From contig OZ245718.1 in assembly GCA_965227045.1 (NCBI GenBank), forward strand, positions 280,654 through 344,653: a stretch of 64,000 nucleotides of DNA, given 5' to 3'. Below, piece by piece: positions 1 through 10,707 of this stretch. The notes under the pieces were generated by a model. That model saw only the letters and a list, made by a program, of their open reading frames with translations. It had not been told where the DNA came from and searched no databases. Numbering within the stretch: the stretch's first letter is position 1; each line of letters starts with the position of its first letter. The translations under genes were made by a program, and so were the position numbers. Origin of the DNA: Actinomycetes bacterium (GTDB lineage: Bacteria > Actinomycetota > Actinomycetes > S36-B12).

Positions 1-17
1 TCGCTGCGCCCGATCGT

Positions 18-881
18 GTGACGTGGCCGGTGCTCGTCGGATTCATCGTGATCCCGGGCCTCGTCACGGTCCTGTCGAGTCGGACGATCCAGACAACGAT
101 CGAGACCGTCAGCCTCGCCGTGTTCATCCTCGCGGTTGCATGGGTGCTCGCGCGCTACGCGATCGTCGCACTGTGCGGCTGGGCGATCCGCTACACCTTC
201 CGCGGGTTCAGCGACCTGTACCGGCTGACCACGCGCGCGCTGCCTTTGCTTCTGCTGTTCATCGTGTTCTTGTTCCTCAATACCGAGGTGTGGCAGATGG
301 CGGGCGGGCTGCCGGCCGGTCACCTGTGGGTCGTCATCGGCATGTTCATGGTCTTCGGGATCGTGTTCGTCGTCGGCCGCGTGCCGGAGGAGATCAGGCT
401 GATCGAGGCCGCGACCACGCGGGACCAGGTGATCCTCGCCTGTGCTCGCACTCCATTGGCCGAGGTCGCGACCACGCTGGATGACCTCGACACTCCGGTT
501 CCGCTCAATCGGCGGCAGAAGGCGAACATCGGCCTGGTCATGACCGTGGCCCAGTTGGTGCAGGTGGCGCTGTTCGCAGTCGTCGTCTGGCTGTTCCTCG
601 TGGTCTTCGGGTCCCTCGCCGTCTCCGTAGCGCTGCAGCGGATCTGGATGGATGGCGCAGCACCCGTCGACCTGATCTGGGAGTGGGGCCAGGGCTACGG
701 AGTGACGCGACAGCTGATGCGCGTGTCCCTCTTCCTCGCGGCCTTCTCCGGGTTCTACGTCACGATCTACACCGCCATCGACGCGACGTACCGCGAGCAC
801 TTCTACGACCGCATCCGTATGGACCTCGAGCGATCGCTGTCGGTTCGACGCGCCTACGTCCTGCTGTTCAGGCGCGGATGA
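18..881 (+). CDS. integral membrane protein of unknown function (may start upstream of window)
   Basis: 287-aa ORF with several hydrophobic spans. Its stop overlaps the next start (ATGA at 878-881). Confidence 0.5.
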   Translation: MTWPVLVGFIVIPGLVTVLSSRTIQTTIETVSLAVFILAVAWVLARYAIVALCGWAIRYTFRGFSDLYRLTTRALPLLLLFIVFLFLNTEVWQMAGGLPAGHLWVVIGMFMVFGIVFVVGRVPEEIRLIEAATTRDQVILACARTPLAEVATTLDDLDTPVPLNRRQKANIGLVMTVAQLVQVALFAVVVWLFLVVFGSLAVSVALQRIWMDGAAPVDLIWEWGQGYGVTRQLMRVSLFLAAFSGFYVTIYTAIDATYREHFYDRIRMDLERSLSVRRAYVLLFRRG

Positions 882-1786
882 GCAGCGACACCGAGCCGCA
901 GGTCGAGGTCCACGAGCCGGCCGGGGAGCCGGGCTGGCGCGAGGTCTTCGCGGTGCAGCGCCCGGGCCTGGTCGCAGGCGTGGTGGCGGCGGTTGCGCTC
1001 GGGACATTCGGCTACGCGGCGACCCTCATCTCCGTGTTCGACGCCCACGACTGGTGGGGCCGCAGCCTCGTCGGCATGGGCCTTGCCTTCGGATTCGAGT
1101 TCGTCGTCATCGGACTGCTGACGCTCCGGACCACGTCTGCGCCCAGGCAATTGCTCGGCTTCCTGGCGACGGCGTGGTTCGGGGTCACCATGGTCAGCTG
1201 GCTGCCGCGGCAGCGCCCGGCCGGCTGGCCCGAGCTGGTCCAACTGGGCTGGTGGGCGGGGTGGGCCGTCATCATCTTCGTCACCGTTCCGACCGTCTAC
1301 GCGCTCGTCATGAAGCAGAGCATCCGCGACTACGGCCTGCGTCTAGGACTGTTCCGCGGGGAGTTCCGGATCTTCGCCATTCTGCTGCCCGCGATCTTCA
1401 TCGGCGCGTACCTGTCCGCGGGCCAGCCGCGCTTCCAGGCGGTCTATCCGTTCTATCACGGCTGGCCGGACGGCTCGGGCACGCCGTTTCACCTCATCGG
1501 CTGGTGGCTGATGTACGCCTCCACCTTCGTCGCGCTCGAGTACTTCTTCCGTGGCTTCATGGTCTCCGCAGGCTTCCGGCTCGTGAGCTGGTGGGCCATC
1601 CCGGCGATGGCGGCCCCGTACTGCCTCATCCACCTCGACAAGCCGGTGCCCGAAATGGTCACCAGCCTGTTCGGGGGTCTGCTGCTCGGAGTGGTCGCCT
1701 TGCGCACGCGATCGATCCTCGCCGGGGTGCTGGCCCACGTGACACTGGCCATCGGCACCGACGCCGCGGTGCTCCTGAGGCGCTGA
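878..1786 (+). CDS. CPBP family intramembrane glutamic endopeptidase (CAAX/Abi type)
   Basis: ATG 878 lies inside track ORF 683..1786. Multi-pass membrane protein with a LEYFFRGF motif and C-terminal His motifs (CLIHLDKP, AHVTLAIG). Confidence 0.65.
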   Translation: MSSDTEPQVEVHEPAGEPGWREVFAVQRPGLVAGVVAAVALGTFGYAATLISVFDAHDWWGRSLVGMGLAFGFEFVVIGLLTLRTTSAPRQLLGFLATAWFGVTMVSWLPRQRPAGWPELVQLGWWAGWAVIIFVTVPTVYALVMKQSIRDYGLRLGLFRGEFRIFAILLPAIFIGAYLSAGQPRFQAVYPFYHGWPDGSGTPFHLIGWWLMYASTFVALEYFFRGFMVSAGFRLVSWWAIPAMAAPYCLIHLDKPVPEMVTSLFGGLLLGVVALRTRSILAGVLAHVTLAIGTDAAVLLRR

Positions 1787-1787
1787 G
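1761..1787. repeat. 27-bp direct repeat copy 1 (last 8 codons plus stop of the CPBP gene)
   Basis: acgccgcggtgctcctgaggcgctgag is identical to 1882..1908. Confidence 0.9.
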
Positions 1788-1792
1788 CCCCC

Positions 1793-1853
1793 GCCGACCT
1801 TGAGGTTGGCGTGGAAATCACCGCATCGAACCCACGCCAACCTCAAGGTCGGC
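1793..1853. repeat. family-A palindromic element (22-bp perfect arms, 17-nt loop)
   Basis: gccgaccttgaggttggcgtgg / ccacgccaacctcaaggtcggc. The outer 15 nt are shared with the copy at 40820..40880. Confidence 0.85.
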
Positions 1854-1881
1854 GAGGGGAGGGGCGGTGCGTGCGGTCGGT

Positions 1882-1908
1882 ACGCCGCGGTGCTCCTGAG
1901 GCGCTGAG
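1882..1908. repeat. 27-bp direct repeat copy 2
   Basis: Identical to 1761..1787. Together the two copies bracket a 94-bp insert that contains the family-A palindrome. Confidence 0.9.
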
Positions 1909-2008
1909 GCTGGTAACCTGTGCTCACCAGACGGTCGTTGAGCCCAACCGCCCGACGATTCGTGTCATCTACATCGTTCCCGTATGGGAACGCGCCCGGA
2001 GGAATGTC

Positions 2009-2278
2009 ATGCCGCTCGATAGCGCCGTCAAGGCCGAGATCATCGCCGAATACGGCTCCAAGCCCGGTGACACCGGCAGCCCCGAGGTCCAGATCGCGAT
2101 GCTCACGCGTCGCATCACCGACCTGACGGGCCACCTCAAGACCCACAAGCACGACCACCACAGCCGTCGTGGACTGCTGCTCCTCGTTGGACAGCGTCGC
2201 CGGTTGCTGCAGTACCTGGTGAAGACGGACATCGCGCGTTATCGCTCGATCATCGAGAAGCTCGGCATCCGCCGCTAA
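2009..2278 (+). CDS. rpsO: 30S ribosomal protein S15
   Basis: [16 protein letters not shown]...[10 protein letters not shown]...[14 protein letters not shown] lies 5 nt upstream of ATG 2009. Confidence 0.95.
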   Translation: MPLDSAVKAEIIAEYGSKPGDTGSPEVQIAMLTRRITDLTGHLKTHKHDHHSRRGLLLLVGQRRRLLQYLVKTDIARYRSIIEKLGIRR

Positions 2279-2470
2279 CTCGAGTCTCACCCACAACTGA
2301 ATAACGAAACCCAAATCCGGGGCGCCACGATCAGGGCGTCCGTCGGTCCTCGGTAGTGACCTCCGGGTGAAGCGCAGATATCACCAGTGCTCTCACCCGT
2401 GGGCCTCGATCGAAGACCGCCACCGGTCGCGAGACGTGTGCGCCCCTGTCTACAGAAACAGGAGGCACCC

Positions 2471-4675
2471 GTGGAGGGTCCCCAGATTTTCACCACGCAG
2501 GCCGTTATCGACAACGGGTCGTTCGGCACGCGTGTCATCAAGTTCGAGACGGGCCGTCTGGCTCGTCAGGCGGCTGGCTCCGTCGCGGCTTACCTCGACG
2601 ACGAGACCATGCTGCTCAGCGCCACCACCGCGGGCAAGCAGCCCAAGGAGCAGTTCGACTTCTTCCCCTTGACGATCGACGTCGAGGAGCGGATGTACGC
2701 GATCGGCAAGATCCCCGGCTCGTTCTTCCGTCGTGAAGGACGCCCGTCCGAGGACGCGATCCTCACCTGCCGTCTCATTGACCGTCCGCTGCGCCCGACC
2801 TTCAAGAAGGGCCTCCGCAACGAGGTCCAGGTCGTCATCACGGTTATGGCCCTGCACCCGAACGAGCTGTACGACGTGCTCGCGATCAACGCGGCGTCCG
2901 CGTCGACCCAGATCTCCGGCCTGCCCTTCAGCGGTCCGATCGGCGGCGTTCGCGTCGCCCTCATCCGCGGCCAGTGGGTCGCCTTCCCGACGTACGAGCA
3001 GCTCGAGGAGGCCGTGTTCGACATGGTCGTCGCGGGCCGCATCGCCGGTGACGATGTCGCGATCATGATGGTCGAGGCCGAGGCCACCGTCCGCACGATC
3101 GAGCTCATCGCCGGCGGCGCCACCGCGCCGACGGAGGAGGTCGTGGCCCAGGGCCTCGACGCCGCCAAGCCGTTCATCCGCATCCTGTGCGAGGCGCAGC
3201 AGGAGCTCGCCGCATCGGCCGCCAAGCCCACCGCGGAGTTCCCGGTCTTCCTGGAGTACCAGGACGACGCCTACGACGCGGTCAACAAGCTCGCGGCAGC
3301 AGACGTTGCCTCGGCCATGACGATCGTCAGCAAGGCCGACCGCGAGGATCGTCTCGACGACATCAAGAAGGTCGTCGTCGGCGAGCTCGCCGAGCAGTTC
3401 GCCGGTCGCGAGAAGGAGCTGTCCGCAGCCCTGCGCTCCGTGACCAAGAACGTCGTGCGTGAGCGCGTCCTTCGCGATCACGTCCGCATCGACGGTCGTG
3501 GCCTCACCGACATCCGCACGCTCTCGGCCGAGGTCGACGTGCTTCCGCGGGTGCACGGCTCGGCACTGTTCGAGCGTGGCGAGACCCAGATCATGGGTGT
3601 CACGACCCTCAACATGCTCCGCATGGAGCAGATGGTCGACACGCTCAACCCGGAGAACCGCAAGCGCTACATGCACAACTACAACTTCCCGCCGTACTCC
3701 ACCGGTGAGACGGGCCGCGTTGGCTCGCCGAAGCGGCGTGAGATCGGTCACGGCGCGCTGGCCGAGCGGGCACTCCTGCCCGTCCTGCCCTCGCGCGAGG
3801 AGTTCCCCTACGCGATCCGTCAGGTGTCCGAGGCTCTCGGCTCCAACGGCTCCACCTCGATGGGCTCGGTCTGCGCATCGACGATGTCGCTGCTCAACGC
3901 TGGTGTGCCGCTGCGCGCACCGGTTGCGGGTATCGCGATGGGCCTCATCTCCGGTGAGATCGACGGCCAGACGCAGTACGTCGCCATCACCGACATCCTC
4001 GGTGCTGAGGATGCGTTCGGCGACATGGACTTCAAGGTCGCCGGCACGAAGGACTTCGTGACCGCCCTCCAGCTCGACACCAAGCTCGACGGCATTCCCG
4101 CCTCGGTGCTCGGTGCCGCGCTCGCGCAGGCGCACGATGCTCGCATCACGATCCTCGAGGTCATGAACGAGGCCATCGACGCTCCTGACGAGATGGCCGC
4201 CACGGCTCCTCGCGTCATCAGCATCCGGATCCCGGTCGACAAGATCGGCGAGGTCATCGGGCCGAAGGGCAAGATCATCAACCAGATCCAGGAGGAGACC
4301 GGCGCCGACATCACGATCGAGGATGACGGCACGATCTACATCGGCGCGACCGACGGTCCGTCGGCCGAGGCCGCTCGCAACCAGATCAACCAGATCGCCA
4401 ACCCGACCATGCCGGAGATCGGCGAGCGCTACCTGGGCACCGTGGTCAAGACCACAGCGTTCGGCGCGTTCGTCTCGCTCATGCCCGGCAAGGACGGTCT
4501 GCTGCACATCTCGGAGATCAAGAAGCTCGCGGGCGGCAAGCGCGTCGAGCAGGTCGAGGACGTGCTGAAGGTCGGCGACAAGGTGCAGGTCGAGATCAAG
4601 GAAATCGATCCGCGCGGCAAGCTGTCGCTCGTTCCCGTCGTCGACGCTCCCGCGACTGCAGGGGCAGATGCCTAG
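2471..4675 (+). CDS. pnp: polyribonucleotide nucleotidyltransferase (PNPase)
   Basis: Two RNase PH domains plus KH/S1 tail. GTG 2471 is preceded by acaggagg. Sits in the rpsO-pnp synteny. Confidence 0.95.
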   Translation: MEGPQIFTTQAVIDNGSFGTRVIKFETGRLARQAAGSVAAYLDDETMLLSATTAGKQPKEQFDFFPLTIDVEERMYAIGKIPGSFFRREGRPSEDAILTCRLIDRPLRPTFKKGLRNEVQVVITVMALHPNELYDVLAINAASASTQISGLPFSGPIGGVRVALIRGQWVAFPTYEQLEEAVFDMVVAGRIAGDDVAIMMVEAEATVRTIELIAGGATAPTEEVVAQGLDAAKPFIRILCEAQQELAASAAKPTAEFPVFLEYQDDAYDAVNKLAAADVASAMTIVSKADREDRLDDIKKVVVGELAEQFAGREKELSAALRSVTKNVVRERVLRDHVRIDGRGLTDIRTLSAEVDVLPRVHGSALFERGETQIMGVTTLNMLRMEQMVDTLNPENRKRYMHNYNFPPYSTGETGRVGSPKRREIGHGALAERALLPVLPSREEFPYAIRQVSEALGSNGSTSMGSVCASTMSLLNAGVPLRAPVAGIAMGLISGEIDGQTQYVAITDILGAEDAFGDMDFKVAGTKDFVTALQLDTKLDGIPASVLGAALAQAHDARITILEVMNEAIDAPDEMAATAPRVISIRIPVDKIGEVIGPKGKIINQIQEETGADITIEDDGTIYIGATDGPSAEAARNQINQIANPTMPEIGERYLGTVVKTTAFGAFVSLMPGKDGLLHISEIKKLAGGKRVEQVEDVLKVGDKVQVEIKEIDPRGKLSLVPVVDAPATAGADA

Positions 4676-5978
4676 GTCTGACACTCGCACGCTGCTTCGG
4701 GAGGGTGACGGCGGACTCGTCCGCCGCACCACCCTCCCGGGTGGCCTGCGCATCATCACTGAGAATGTCCCCGGCGTTCGCTCCGTCGCGTTCGGCGTGT
4801 GGGTCAACGTCGGTTCGCGTGATGAGACCGGCCGCATGATGGGATCGGCGCACTACCTTGAGCACCTGCTGTTCAAGGGCACCAACAAGCGCTCCGCGCT
4901 CGACATCTCGGCCTCGATCGAGGCGGTCGGCGGCGATCTGAACGCCTTCACGACCAAGGAGTACACCTGCTACTACGCGCGTGTGCTCGACGAGGACCTG
5001 CCGCTCGCCATCGACGTCGTGTGCGACGTCGTCACTGATGCGCTGATCCGCACGGAGGACGTCGAGTCCGAGCGCGGTGTGATCCTCGAGGAGATCGCCA
5101 TGCACGACGACGATCCCACGGACCTGGTCCACGAGGAGTTCGCGTCCGTCATGTTCGGCGACACCCCGCTGGGTCGGCCCATCCTTGGGACCATCGACAC
5201 GATCGAGGGCATCTCGCGCAACTCGATCAATCAGTTCTACCGCAAGCGCTACCGCCCCGAGTCGATGGTCATCGCTGCTGCCGGCCACGTCGACCACGCC
5301 ACCGTCGTCCGACTCGTGCGCAAGGCATTCGCCCATGTTCTTGATGAGTCCGCCGAGGTGAGCCCGCCGCGACCCGAGCGCCGTCCGCGCAAGCACGAGG
5401 CCGGCGTTCGCGTGACGAAGCGCGTCACCGAGCAGGCCAACCTCATCCTCGGCGTTCCCGGCATCGCGCGCGGCGACGACCGCCGCTACGCTCTGTCGGT
5501 CCTCACCACCGCGTTCGGCGGCGGAATGAGCAGCCGGCTGTTCCAGGAGATCCGCGAGAAGCGCGGCCTGGCCTACTCGGTCTACGCGTATTCGCAGGGG
5601 TTTTCCGACGATGGGCTGTTCGGCGTCTACGTCGGCTGCCTGCCGGGCAAGGTCGACTCGGTCCTCGACGTCTGCATGACGGAGATCGAGAAGCTCGCGA
5701 CCCACGGACTGACCGCCGACGAGATCTCTCGGGGCAAGGGCCAGGTCCGTGGTGGCACGGTGCTCGGGCAGGAAGACACGGGCGCACGCATGACGCGCAT
5801 CGCGAAGAGCGAGCTGCACGGTGACCGGCTGCTCAGTATCGACGAGCTGCTCGGCCGTGTCGATGCAGTCACCTCAGCCGAGGTCGCAGCCGTCGCCGCC
5901 GAACTGCTCAATGCACCTGCGACGCTCGCCGTCATTGGTCCGTTCGACGAGACGACGACGTTCAACGCCGTTGCCTGA
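4668..5978 (+). CDS. M16 family zinc metallopeptidase (pitrilysin-like)
   Basis: [11 protein letters not shown] (HxxEH) motif. Its start overlaps the end of pnp. Confidence 0.85.
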   Translation: MPRSDTRTLLREGDGGLVRRTTLPGGLRIITENVPGVRSVAFGVWVNVGSRDETGRMMGSAHYLEHLLFKGTNKRSALDISASIEAVGGDLNAFTTKEYTCYYARVLDEDLPLAIDVVCDVVTDALIRTEDVESERGVILEEIAMHDDDPTDLVHEEFASVMFGDTPLGRPILGTIDTIEGISRNSINQFYRKRYRPESMVIAAAGHVDHATVVRLVRKAFAHVLDESAEVSPPRPERRPRKHEAGVRVTKRVTEQANLILGVPGIARGDDRRYALSVLTTAFGGGMSSRLFQEIREKRGLAYSVYAYSQGFSDDGLFGVYVGCLPGKVDSVLDVCMTEIEKLATHGLTADEISRGKGQVRGGTVLGQEDTGARMTRIAKSELHGDRLLSIDELLGRVDAVTSAEVAAVAAELLNAPATLAVIGPFDETTTFNAVA

Positions 5979-6002
5979 CCTCAACTTCGGTACTCTTCCC
6001 AC

Positions 6003-6749
6003 GTGATCCACGTCGGAGTGTTCGGGTCCAAGGGCCGAATGGGGCAGACCGTCGTCGAGGCGGTCCGATCCGCATCCGACCTCGATCTCGTTGCGGCCTT
6101 CGACGTCGGCGTCGTTCCGTCGGCCATGGCTGAGGCCGGTGCTGATGTCATCGTCGACTTCACGACTCCCGATGCCGTCATGACGACGCTGCGGTCGTGC
6201 ATCGCCAATGGCATCCATTGCGTGGTCGGCACCACCGGCTTCGATGAGCGCAAGCTCGATCAGGTGCGTACCTGGTGCGCGGATCAGCCGACTGTCGGCG
6301 TCCTCATCGCGCCCAACTTCGGCATCGGCGCCGTGCTCATGATGCGCTTCTCGGCCATGGCGGCGCCGTACTTCGATTCCGTCGAGATCCTCGAGATGCA
6401 CCACCCCGACAAGGTCGACGCCCCGTCAGGCACCGCAACGCACACCGCCCACCTCATTGCTGCAGTTCGCGATGGAATGCCGGCTCAGCCCGACGCGACG
6501 GTGCATGAGATCCCCGGTGCTCGCGGCGCGCTCGTCGACGGCATTCGTGTGCACTCGGTGCGCGCGCGCGGTCTCGTCGCGCACCAGGAGGTGCTCCTCG
6601 GCGGACCGGGGGAGACGTTGACGGTTCGGCACGACTCACTCGATCGCACGTCATTCATGCCTGGCGTACTGCTTGCTGTTCGACGAGTCAGCGCCCATCC
6701 GGGCCTGACCGTCGGCCTGGACTCCTACCTCGAGACGCCCGCGCCCTAA
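6003..6749 (+). CDS. dapB: 4-hydroxy-tetrahydrodipicolinate reductase
   Basis: GSKGRMG NAD-binding motif and EILEMHHPDKVDAPSGTA signature. Confidence 0.93.
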   Translation: MIHVGVFGSKGRMGQTVVEAVRSASDLDLVAAFDVGVVPSAMAEAGADVIVDFTTPDAVMTTLRSCIANGIHCVVGTTGFDERKLDQVRTWCADQPTVGVLIAPNFGIGAVLMMRFSAMAAPYFDSVEILEMHHPDKVDAPSGTATHTAHLIAAVRDGMPAQPDATVHEIPGARGALVDGIRVHSVRARGLVAHQEVLLGGPGETLTVRHDSLDRTSFMPGVLLAVRRVSAHPGLTVGLDSYLETPAP

Positions 6750-6757
6750 GCCCGCCA

Positions 6758-6772
6758 CACCTCAAGGTCGGG
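6758..6772. repeat. solo right-arm copy of the family-A repeat
   Basis: cacctcaaggtcggg matches the right arm aacctcaaggtcggc. No left arm is present. Confidence 0.5.
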
Positions 6773-7322
6773 GTGCGTCGTGCGCCCAGCGCTCGATGCG
6801 CTGCACGCCGATGTCGAATGCCTCCTCGCGCAGCCAGTAGTCAGGCGACGTCGCGAACACGTGCGTGCCGATCACGTGACCGGAAGTCAGCGTCACCATG
6901 ACTCGCGTCGATTGCGTGCGGACGGGCAGCCCGAGGAACGGGCACGACTGCGTCGACGTACTCACGCGGGCGACGTCGGACCACGGGAGCACGCGCTTGC
7001 GGAAGGTCGATTCGATGGTCAGGACGTAGTCGTTGACGTAGGTGCCCGCGACCCAGCCCCGCAGCAGTAGGAACAGCCCGCTCGCTGCGATCGCAGCTCC
7101 GAGCACCGTGTAGATCGAGAAGCCTGCGCCGAGTGCCGCGACCACCGCGCTGCCCATGACGATCACCTCGAGGACCGAGCCCACGGCAAGCACGGCAACC
7201 CGAATCGGTCCGCGCGGTGAGATCCGCACGGCGCGGACCTGGTGGTACGCGGCGTCAACGGGAGCGTGCGGATCGGGCCGCGGCCATAGGAACCAGAAGA
7301 TCGGGCGGCGCGGCTCGTTCAC
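6762..7322 (-). CDS. membrane-anchored bacterial PH-like domain protein
   Basis: The GTG 7322 start overlaps the azlD stop (GTGA). Two TM helices are followed by YVLTIESTFRKRVLPWSDVARV, which resembles a bPH domain. Confidence 0.5.
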   Translation of the reverse strand: MNEPRRPIFWFLWPRPDPHAPVDAAYHQVRAVRISPRGPIRVAVLAVGSVLEVIVMGSAVVAALGAGFSIYTVLGAAIAASGLFLLLRGWVAGTYVNDYVLTIESTFRKRVLPWSDVARVSTSTQSCPFLGLPVRTQSTRVMVTLTSGHVIGTHVFATSPDYWLREEAFDIGVQRIERWAHDAPRP

Positions 7323-7630
7323 GTGGCGAGTCCCGCCGCGCGCAGGACGGCCGCGGTGATCGCGGCGACGAGGACGACGACGAGGAACGGCGCGCGAAGA
7401 GCGAGGGCTATCACTGCGGCAGCGAGGCCGGCGAGGCGCGCGTCGATCACGAGAGACTGCCCGACCGCGAATGTCTGCACTGCCACGAGCGCAGCGAGCA
7501 GGGCGACGGGAAGCAGGCCGGCGATCCGCCGCACGCCCTCGCGTTCGAGGACGCTTGCTGGGAGCAGGTGGCCGACCAGTTTCTCGACGTAGCAACCGAT
7601 GGATCCGGCAATCACCGCGAACCAGATCAT
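7319..7630 (-). CDS. azlD: branched-chain amino acid exporter small subunit AzlD
   Basis: About 100-aa hydrophobic protein. ATGA overlap with azlC. Confidence 0.8.
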   Translation of the reverse strand: MIWFAVIAGSIGCYVEKLVGHLLPASVLEREGVRRIAGLLPVALLAALVAVQTFAVGQSLVIDARLAGLAAAVIALALRAPFLVVVLVAAITAAVLRAAGLAT

Positions 7631-8346
7631 GACTTTCTGCCGATCAGCCAGGACGCGATGAGCGCGACGATGCCGGCGGCGAGCACCGGCACGCCCGGCC
7701 GCAGGATCGGCGTGAGCGCGAGCGCCACTGCTGCTCCGGCGAGCGCGACCGCCCACATCGTGCGGTCGACCAGGCGCGGCCAGAGCAGCGCCACGAAGCC
7801 TGCCGGTATCGCGGCATCGAGCCCGAGGGTTGCTGGGTCACCGATTGCGGTCGCGGCGAGCGCGCCAATGAGCGTGCCGATGTTCCACAGCACGAAGATC
7901 GCGATCCCGGTATGCCAGAACGCGCGGCGAGCCGCGGCCGGCGGGTCGGGATGAGCCAGAGCCATGGCCGTGGATTCGTCGATCGTCATGTGGGCGGCGC
8001 CGAGGCGCTTGAGTCCGCGAATGTTCAGCGTCGGAGCGAGGGCGAGCGCATAGAGGCTGTTCCGGCCGCCGAGGAGCCAGGCGGTCATGACCGCAGCGAG
8101 CGCGCCGCCACCGGTGCCCAGCACTCCGACCAGGGCGAACTGCGACCCGCCCGTGAACATCAGCAGGGAGAGCGTCTGGGTCTGGGCAGCGTTGAGTCCA
8201 CTCGCGACGCTGATGGCGCCGAAGGACAGGGCGTAGGCGCCGGTCGCCACGCCGATGCCCACGGCATTGCGCGTGATGCGGCGTCGATAGGCGGGGGTGA
8301 GGGGCGGGAGGGGCTCCGGGTCGTGGGGTAGCGCGGCCGAGGACAC
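7627..8346 (-). CDS. azlC: branched-chain amino acid exporter AzlC
   Basis: 239-aa multi-pass protein typical of the AzlC family, directly upstream of azlD. Confidence 0.8.
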   Translation of the reverse strand: MSSAALPHDPEPLPPLTPAYRRRITRNAVGIGVATGAYALSFGAISVASGLNAAQTQTLSLLMFTGGSQFALVGVLGTGGGALAAVMTAWLLGGRNSLYALALAPTLNIRGLKRLGAAHMTIDESTAMALAHPDPPAAARRAFWHTGIAIFVLWNIGTLIGALAATAIGDPATLGLDAAIPAGFVALLWPRLVDRTMWAVALAGAAVALALTPILRPGVPVLAAGIVALIASWLIGRKS

Positions 8347-8437
8347 GTGTGGACGCTACCGGCCGGGCCATGGATACGGCATCATGCGGTATCCGGTGAG
8401 CGCGGGGGATTCTCCGGCGTCGGGGACGGCTGAGTTA

Positions 8438-8980
8438 TCAGGTGAGCCTGGTGACCAGTCGGACCTCGCGCACCACCACGTCAGCGCCGTCCTCCGCCTC
8501 TCCGACCACCACGTCGCGGAAGGCTGAATCCGGCCCCCAGCCGGCCGACTGCAGGAAGGCCCGGCGCGCCTCGTCGTGGACGGGGCACCAACTCACCGCC
8601 TCGGTCATTCCGGCCGCCCGCAGGTGGTCGACGGATGCTGCCATCAGCCGCGAGCCGTGGCCCTCGCGCAGGTGGTCGGGATCGACCTCGAGGGCGAGCA
8701 GCTCGGCGGTCTCGCCGTCGGCGTCCGGGTCCTGGCTCGGCCCGATCGCCGCATACCCGACGACGTGGTCGTCGTCGACGGCCACCAGCAGGCGGTGGCC
8801 GGGCGTGGGCGGATTGAGAATGCCCGAAGCCCAGACCATCGCTATGTCACCGGCGTCCATCCCCGCGAGGGCCTCCGCCGGGATGACATCGGCGAACCGC
8901 AGTCGCCAGGACCGCACGTTCACCGAGGCGACGTCGTCGACATCGGGGGTACGGGCCAGACGGACTCCGGAGACAGGCAT
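8438..8980 (-). CDS. GNAT family N-acetyltransferase
   Basis: VVGYAAIGP...LLALEVDPDHLREGHGSRLM acetyl-CoA binding region. ATG at 8980. Confidence 0.8.
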   Translation of the reverse strand: MPVSGVRLARTPDVDDVASVNVRSWRLRFADVIPAEALAGMDAGDIAMVWASGILNPPTPGHRLLVAVDDDHVVGYAAIGPSQDPDADGETAELLALEVDPDHLREGHGSRLMAASVDHLRAAGMTEAVSWCPVHDEARRAFLQSAGWGPDSAFRDVVVGEAEDGADVVVREVRLVTRLT

Positions 8981-9038
8981 GCGGGCATTGTGCCGGAGTT
9001 GCGCGACCGGCCGGACGGCCCGGCGTCGGTAGGGTGCC

Positions 9039-9761
9039 ATGGTGGCCGACGACATCACCTTCCGCAGCGACGTAACCGTTGAACTCGTGCGCTCGGGCGC
9101 ATCCGACGCGGACGTGATCTTCGCGGCTCGGGTGTCCACGGCGGGCGAGCAGACTCTCGACGACATCGACGCCGATCCGCAGCGGTCGGCCGGACTCATC
9201 AACTACCTGATGCGCGATCGCCACGGCAGCCCGTTCGAGCACAACTCGATGACCTTCTTCGTGCGGGCGCCGATCTTCGTGTGGCGCGAGCACATGCGCC
9301 ATCGCATCGCGAGCTACAACGAGGAGTCCGGGCGCTATCGGCAGCTTGAGCCGGTGTTCTACGTTCCCGATCGCAATCGCCCGCTCGTGCAGGTCGGCAA
9401 GCCCGGCGCCTACGAGTTTCTGCCCGGCACCGACGAGCAGTACGAGCTCATCGAGTCCGACATGCGCGAGTCGTGCACCAACGCGTACACCTCGTATCTG
9501 CGGATGCTCGACGCTGGCATCGCGCGCGAGGTCGCGCGCATGGTCCTGCCGGTGTCGATCTACTCGAGCGCGTACGTGACCTTGAACGCCCGATCGCTGA
9601 TGAACTTCCTGTCACTGCGGATGAAGTCCGAGGGCTCGCACTTCCCGTCCTACCCGCAGCGCGAGATCGAGATGGTCGCCGAGCGGTACGAGGAGGAATG
9701 GTCGCGCCTCATGCCCATCACGCACGCAGCATTCGTCAAGAACGGTCGCGTCGCTCCATGA
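9039..9761 (+). CDS. thyX: FAD-dependent thymidylate synthase
   Basis: RHRIASYNEESGRY ThyX signature. Confidence 0.93.
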   Translation: MVADDITFRSDVTVELVRSGASDADVIFAARVSTAGEQTLDDIDADPQRSAGLINYLMRDRHGSPFEHNSMTFFVRAPIFVWREHMRHRIASYNEESGRYRQLEPVFYVPDRNRPLVQVGKPGAYEFLPGTDEQYELIESDMRESCTNAYTSYLRMLDAGIAREVARMVLPVSIYSSAYVTLNARSLMNFLSLRMKSEGSHFPSYPQREIEMVAERYEEEWSRLMPITHAAFVKNGRVAP

Positions 9762-9795
9762 GTCGGGCAATGGCTCACCCGTTACTCTAGGAGCC

Positions 9796-10707
9796 ATGTC
9801 CGGTCCTACTACCGAAAAGAGCCCGTTCGGCGTCCTGCTGGCGGCGATGGTCTCGCCATTCCACGCGAACGGCTCCATCGACCTCGACGGGGCGCAGGAA
9901 CTGGCCACGCACATGGTCGACAACCTCGGCCACGACGGTCTCGTGATCAATGGCACCACTGGCGAGTCCGCGACGAAGACCGATGCCGAGGACCTCGCGG
10001 TCCTTCGCGCCGTCCTCGACGCTGTGGGGGATCGCGCGACGATCATCGCCGGCGTGGGCACCAATGACACTGCGCATTCGGTCGAGGCGGCCAAGGCAGC
10101 TGCCTCAGTCGGAGCGCACGGCGTCATGGCCGTCAGCCCGTACTACAACCGGCCTCCGCAGGAGGGCCTCGTCCGGCACTTCCTCGCCATTGCCGACGCC
10201 ACCGACCTGCCGATGATGGTCTACGACATCCCCAAGCGCACCGGGTTGTCGATCGAGCTCACCACGATGCTGCGCCTCGCCGAGCATCCGCGCATCATCG
10301 CGAACAAGGACGCCAAGGGCGACCTCGAGTTCGCGCAGATGGGCATCGCCACCACCGGCCTGGCCTGGTACTGCGGCGATGACATCCTCAACTTGCCCCT
10401 CCTCTCCGTCGGGGCGGCCGGCCTGATCTCTGTTGTCAGCCATGTCGTCGGAGACCGACTCAAGGCGATGGCCGAGGCCCTGTGGGCCGGCCGGACCCAG
10501 GAAGCGATCGATATCAACGCATCCCTGCTCCCCGTGTACACGGGGATCTTCCGCACCCAGGGCGTGATCCTCACCAAGGCCGCGCTGGCCCTGCAGGGCC
10601 TGCCCGCCGGGCCCGTTCGCCTCCCGCTCGTCGACGCAACCGATGAGCAGGTGGCGATCCTCCGCGCTGATCTCGCCCTCGGTGGCGTGCGCGGATTCAC
10701 CGCATGA
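9796..10707 (+). CDS. dapA: 4-hydroxy-tetrahydrodipicolinate synthase
   Basis: DapA-family sequence (GTTGES, YNRP motifs) in the thyX-dapA-rnj synteny. Confidence 0.93.
   Translation: MSGPTTEKSPFGVLLAAMVSPFHANGSIDLDGAQELATHMVDNLGHDGLVINGTTGESATKTDAEDLAVLRAVLDAVGDRATIIAGVGTNDTAHSVEAAKAAASVGAHGVMAVSPYYNRPPQEGLVRHFLAIADATDLPMMVYDIPKRTGLSIELTTMLRLAEHPRIIANKDAKGDLEFAQMGIATTGLAWYCGDDILNLPLLSVGAAGLISVVSHVVGDRLKAMAEALWAGRTQEAIDINASLLPVYTGIFRTQGVILTKAALALQGLPAGPVRLPLVDATDEQVAILRADLALGGVRGFTA

Noticed and set aside
2450-4837. 795-aa antisense ORF opposite pnp. Similar long antisense ORFs lie at 14235..16226, 20511..23318, 21948..23579, 25344..26861, 38790..40901, 40870..42507, 45035..46441 and 61525..62754.
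   Set aside because: They lie opposite genes with unmistakable conserved products and translate to Arg/Ala/Gly/Pro-rich low-complexity sequence. They are the expected stop-poor shadow frames of DNA with about 70% G+C.
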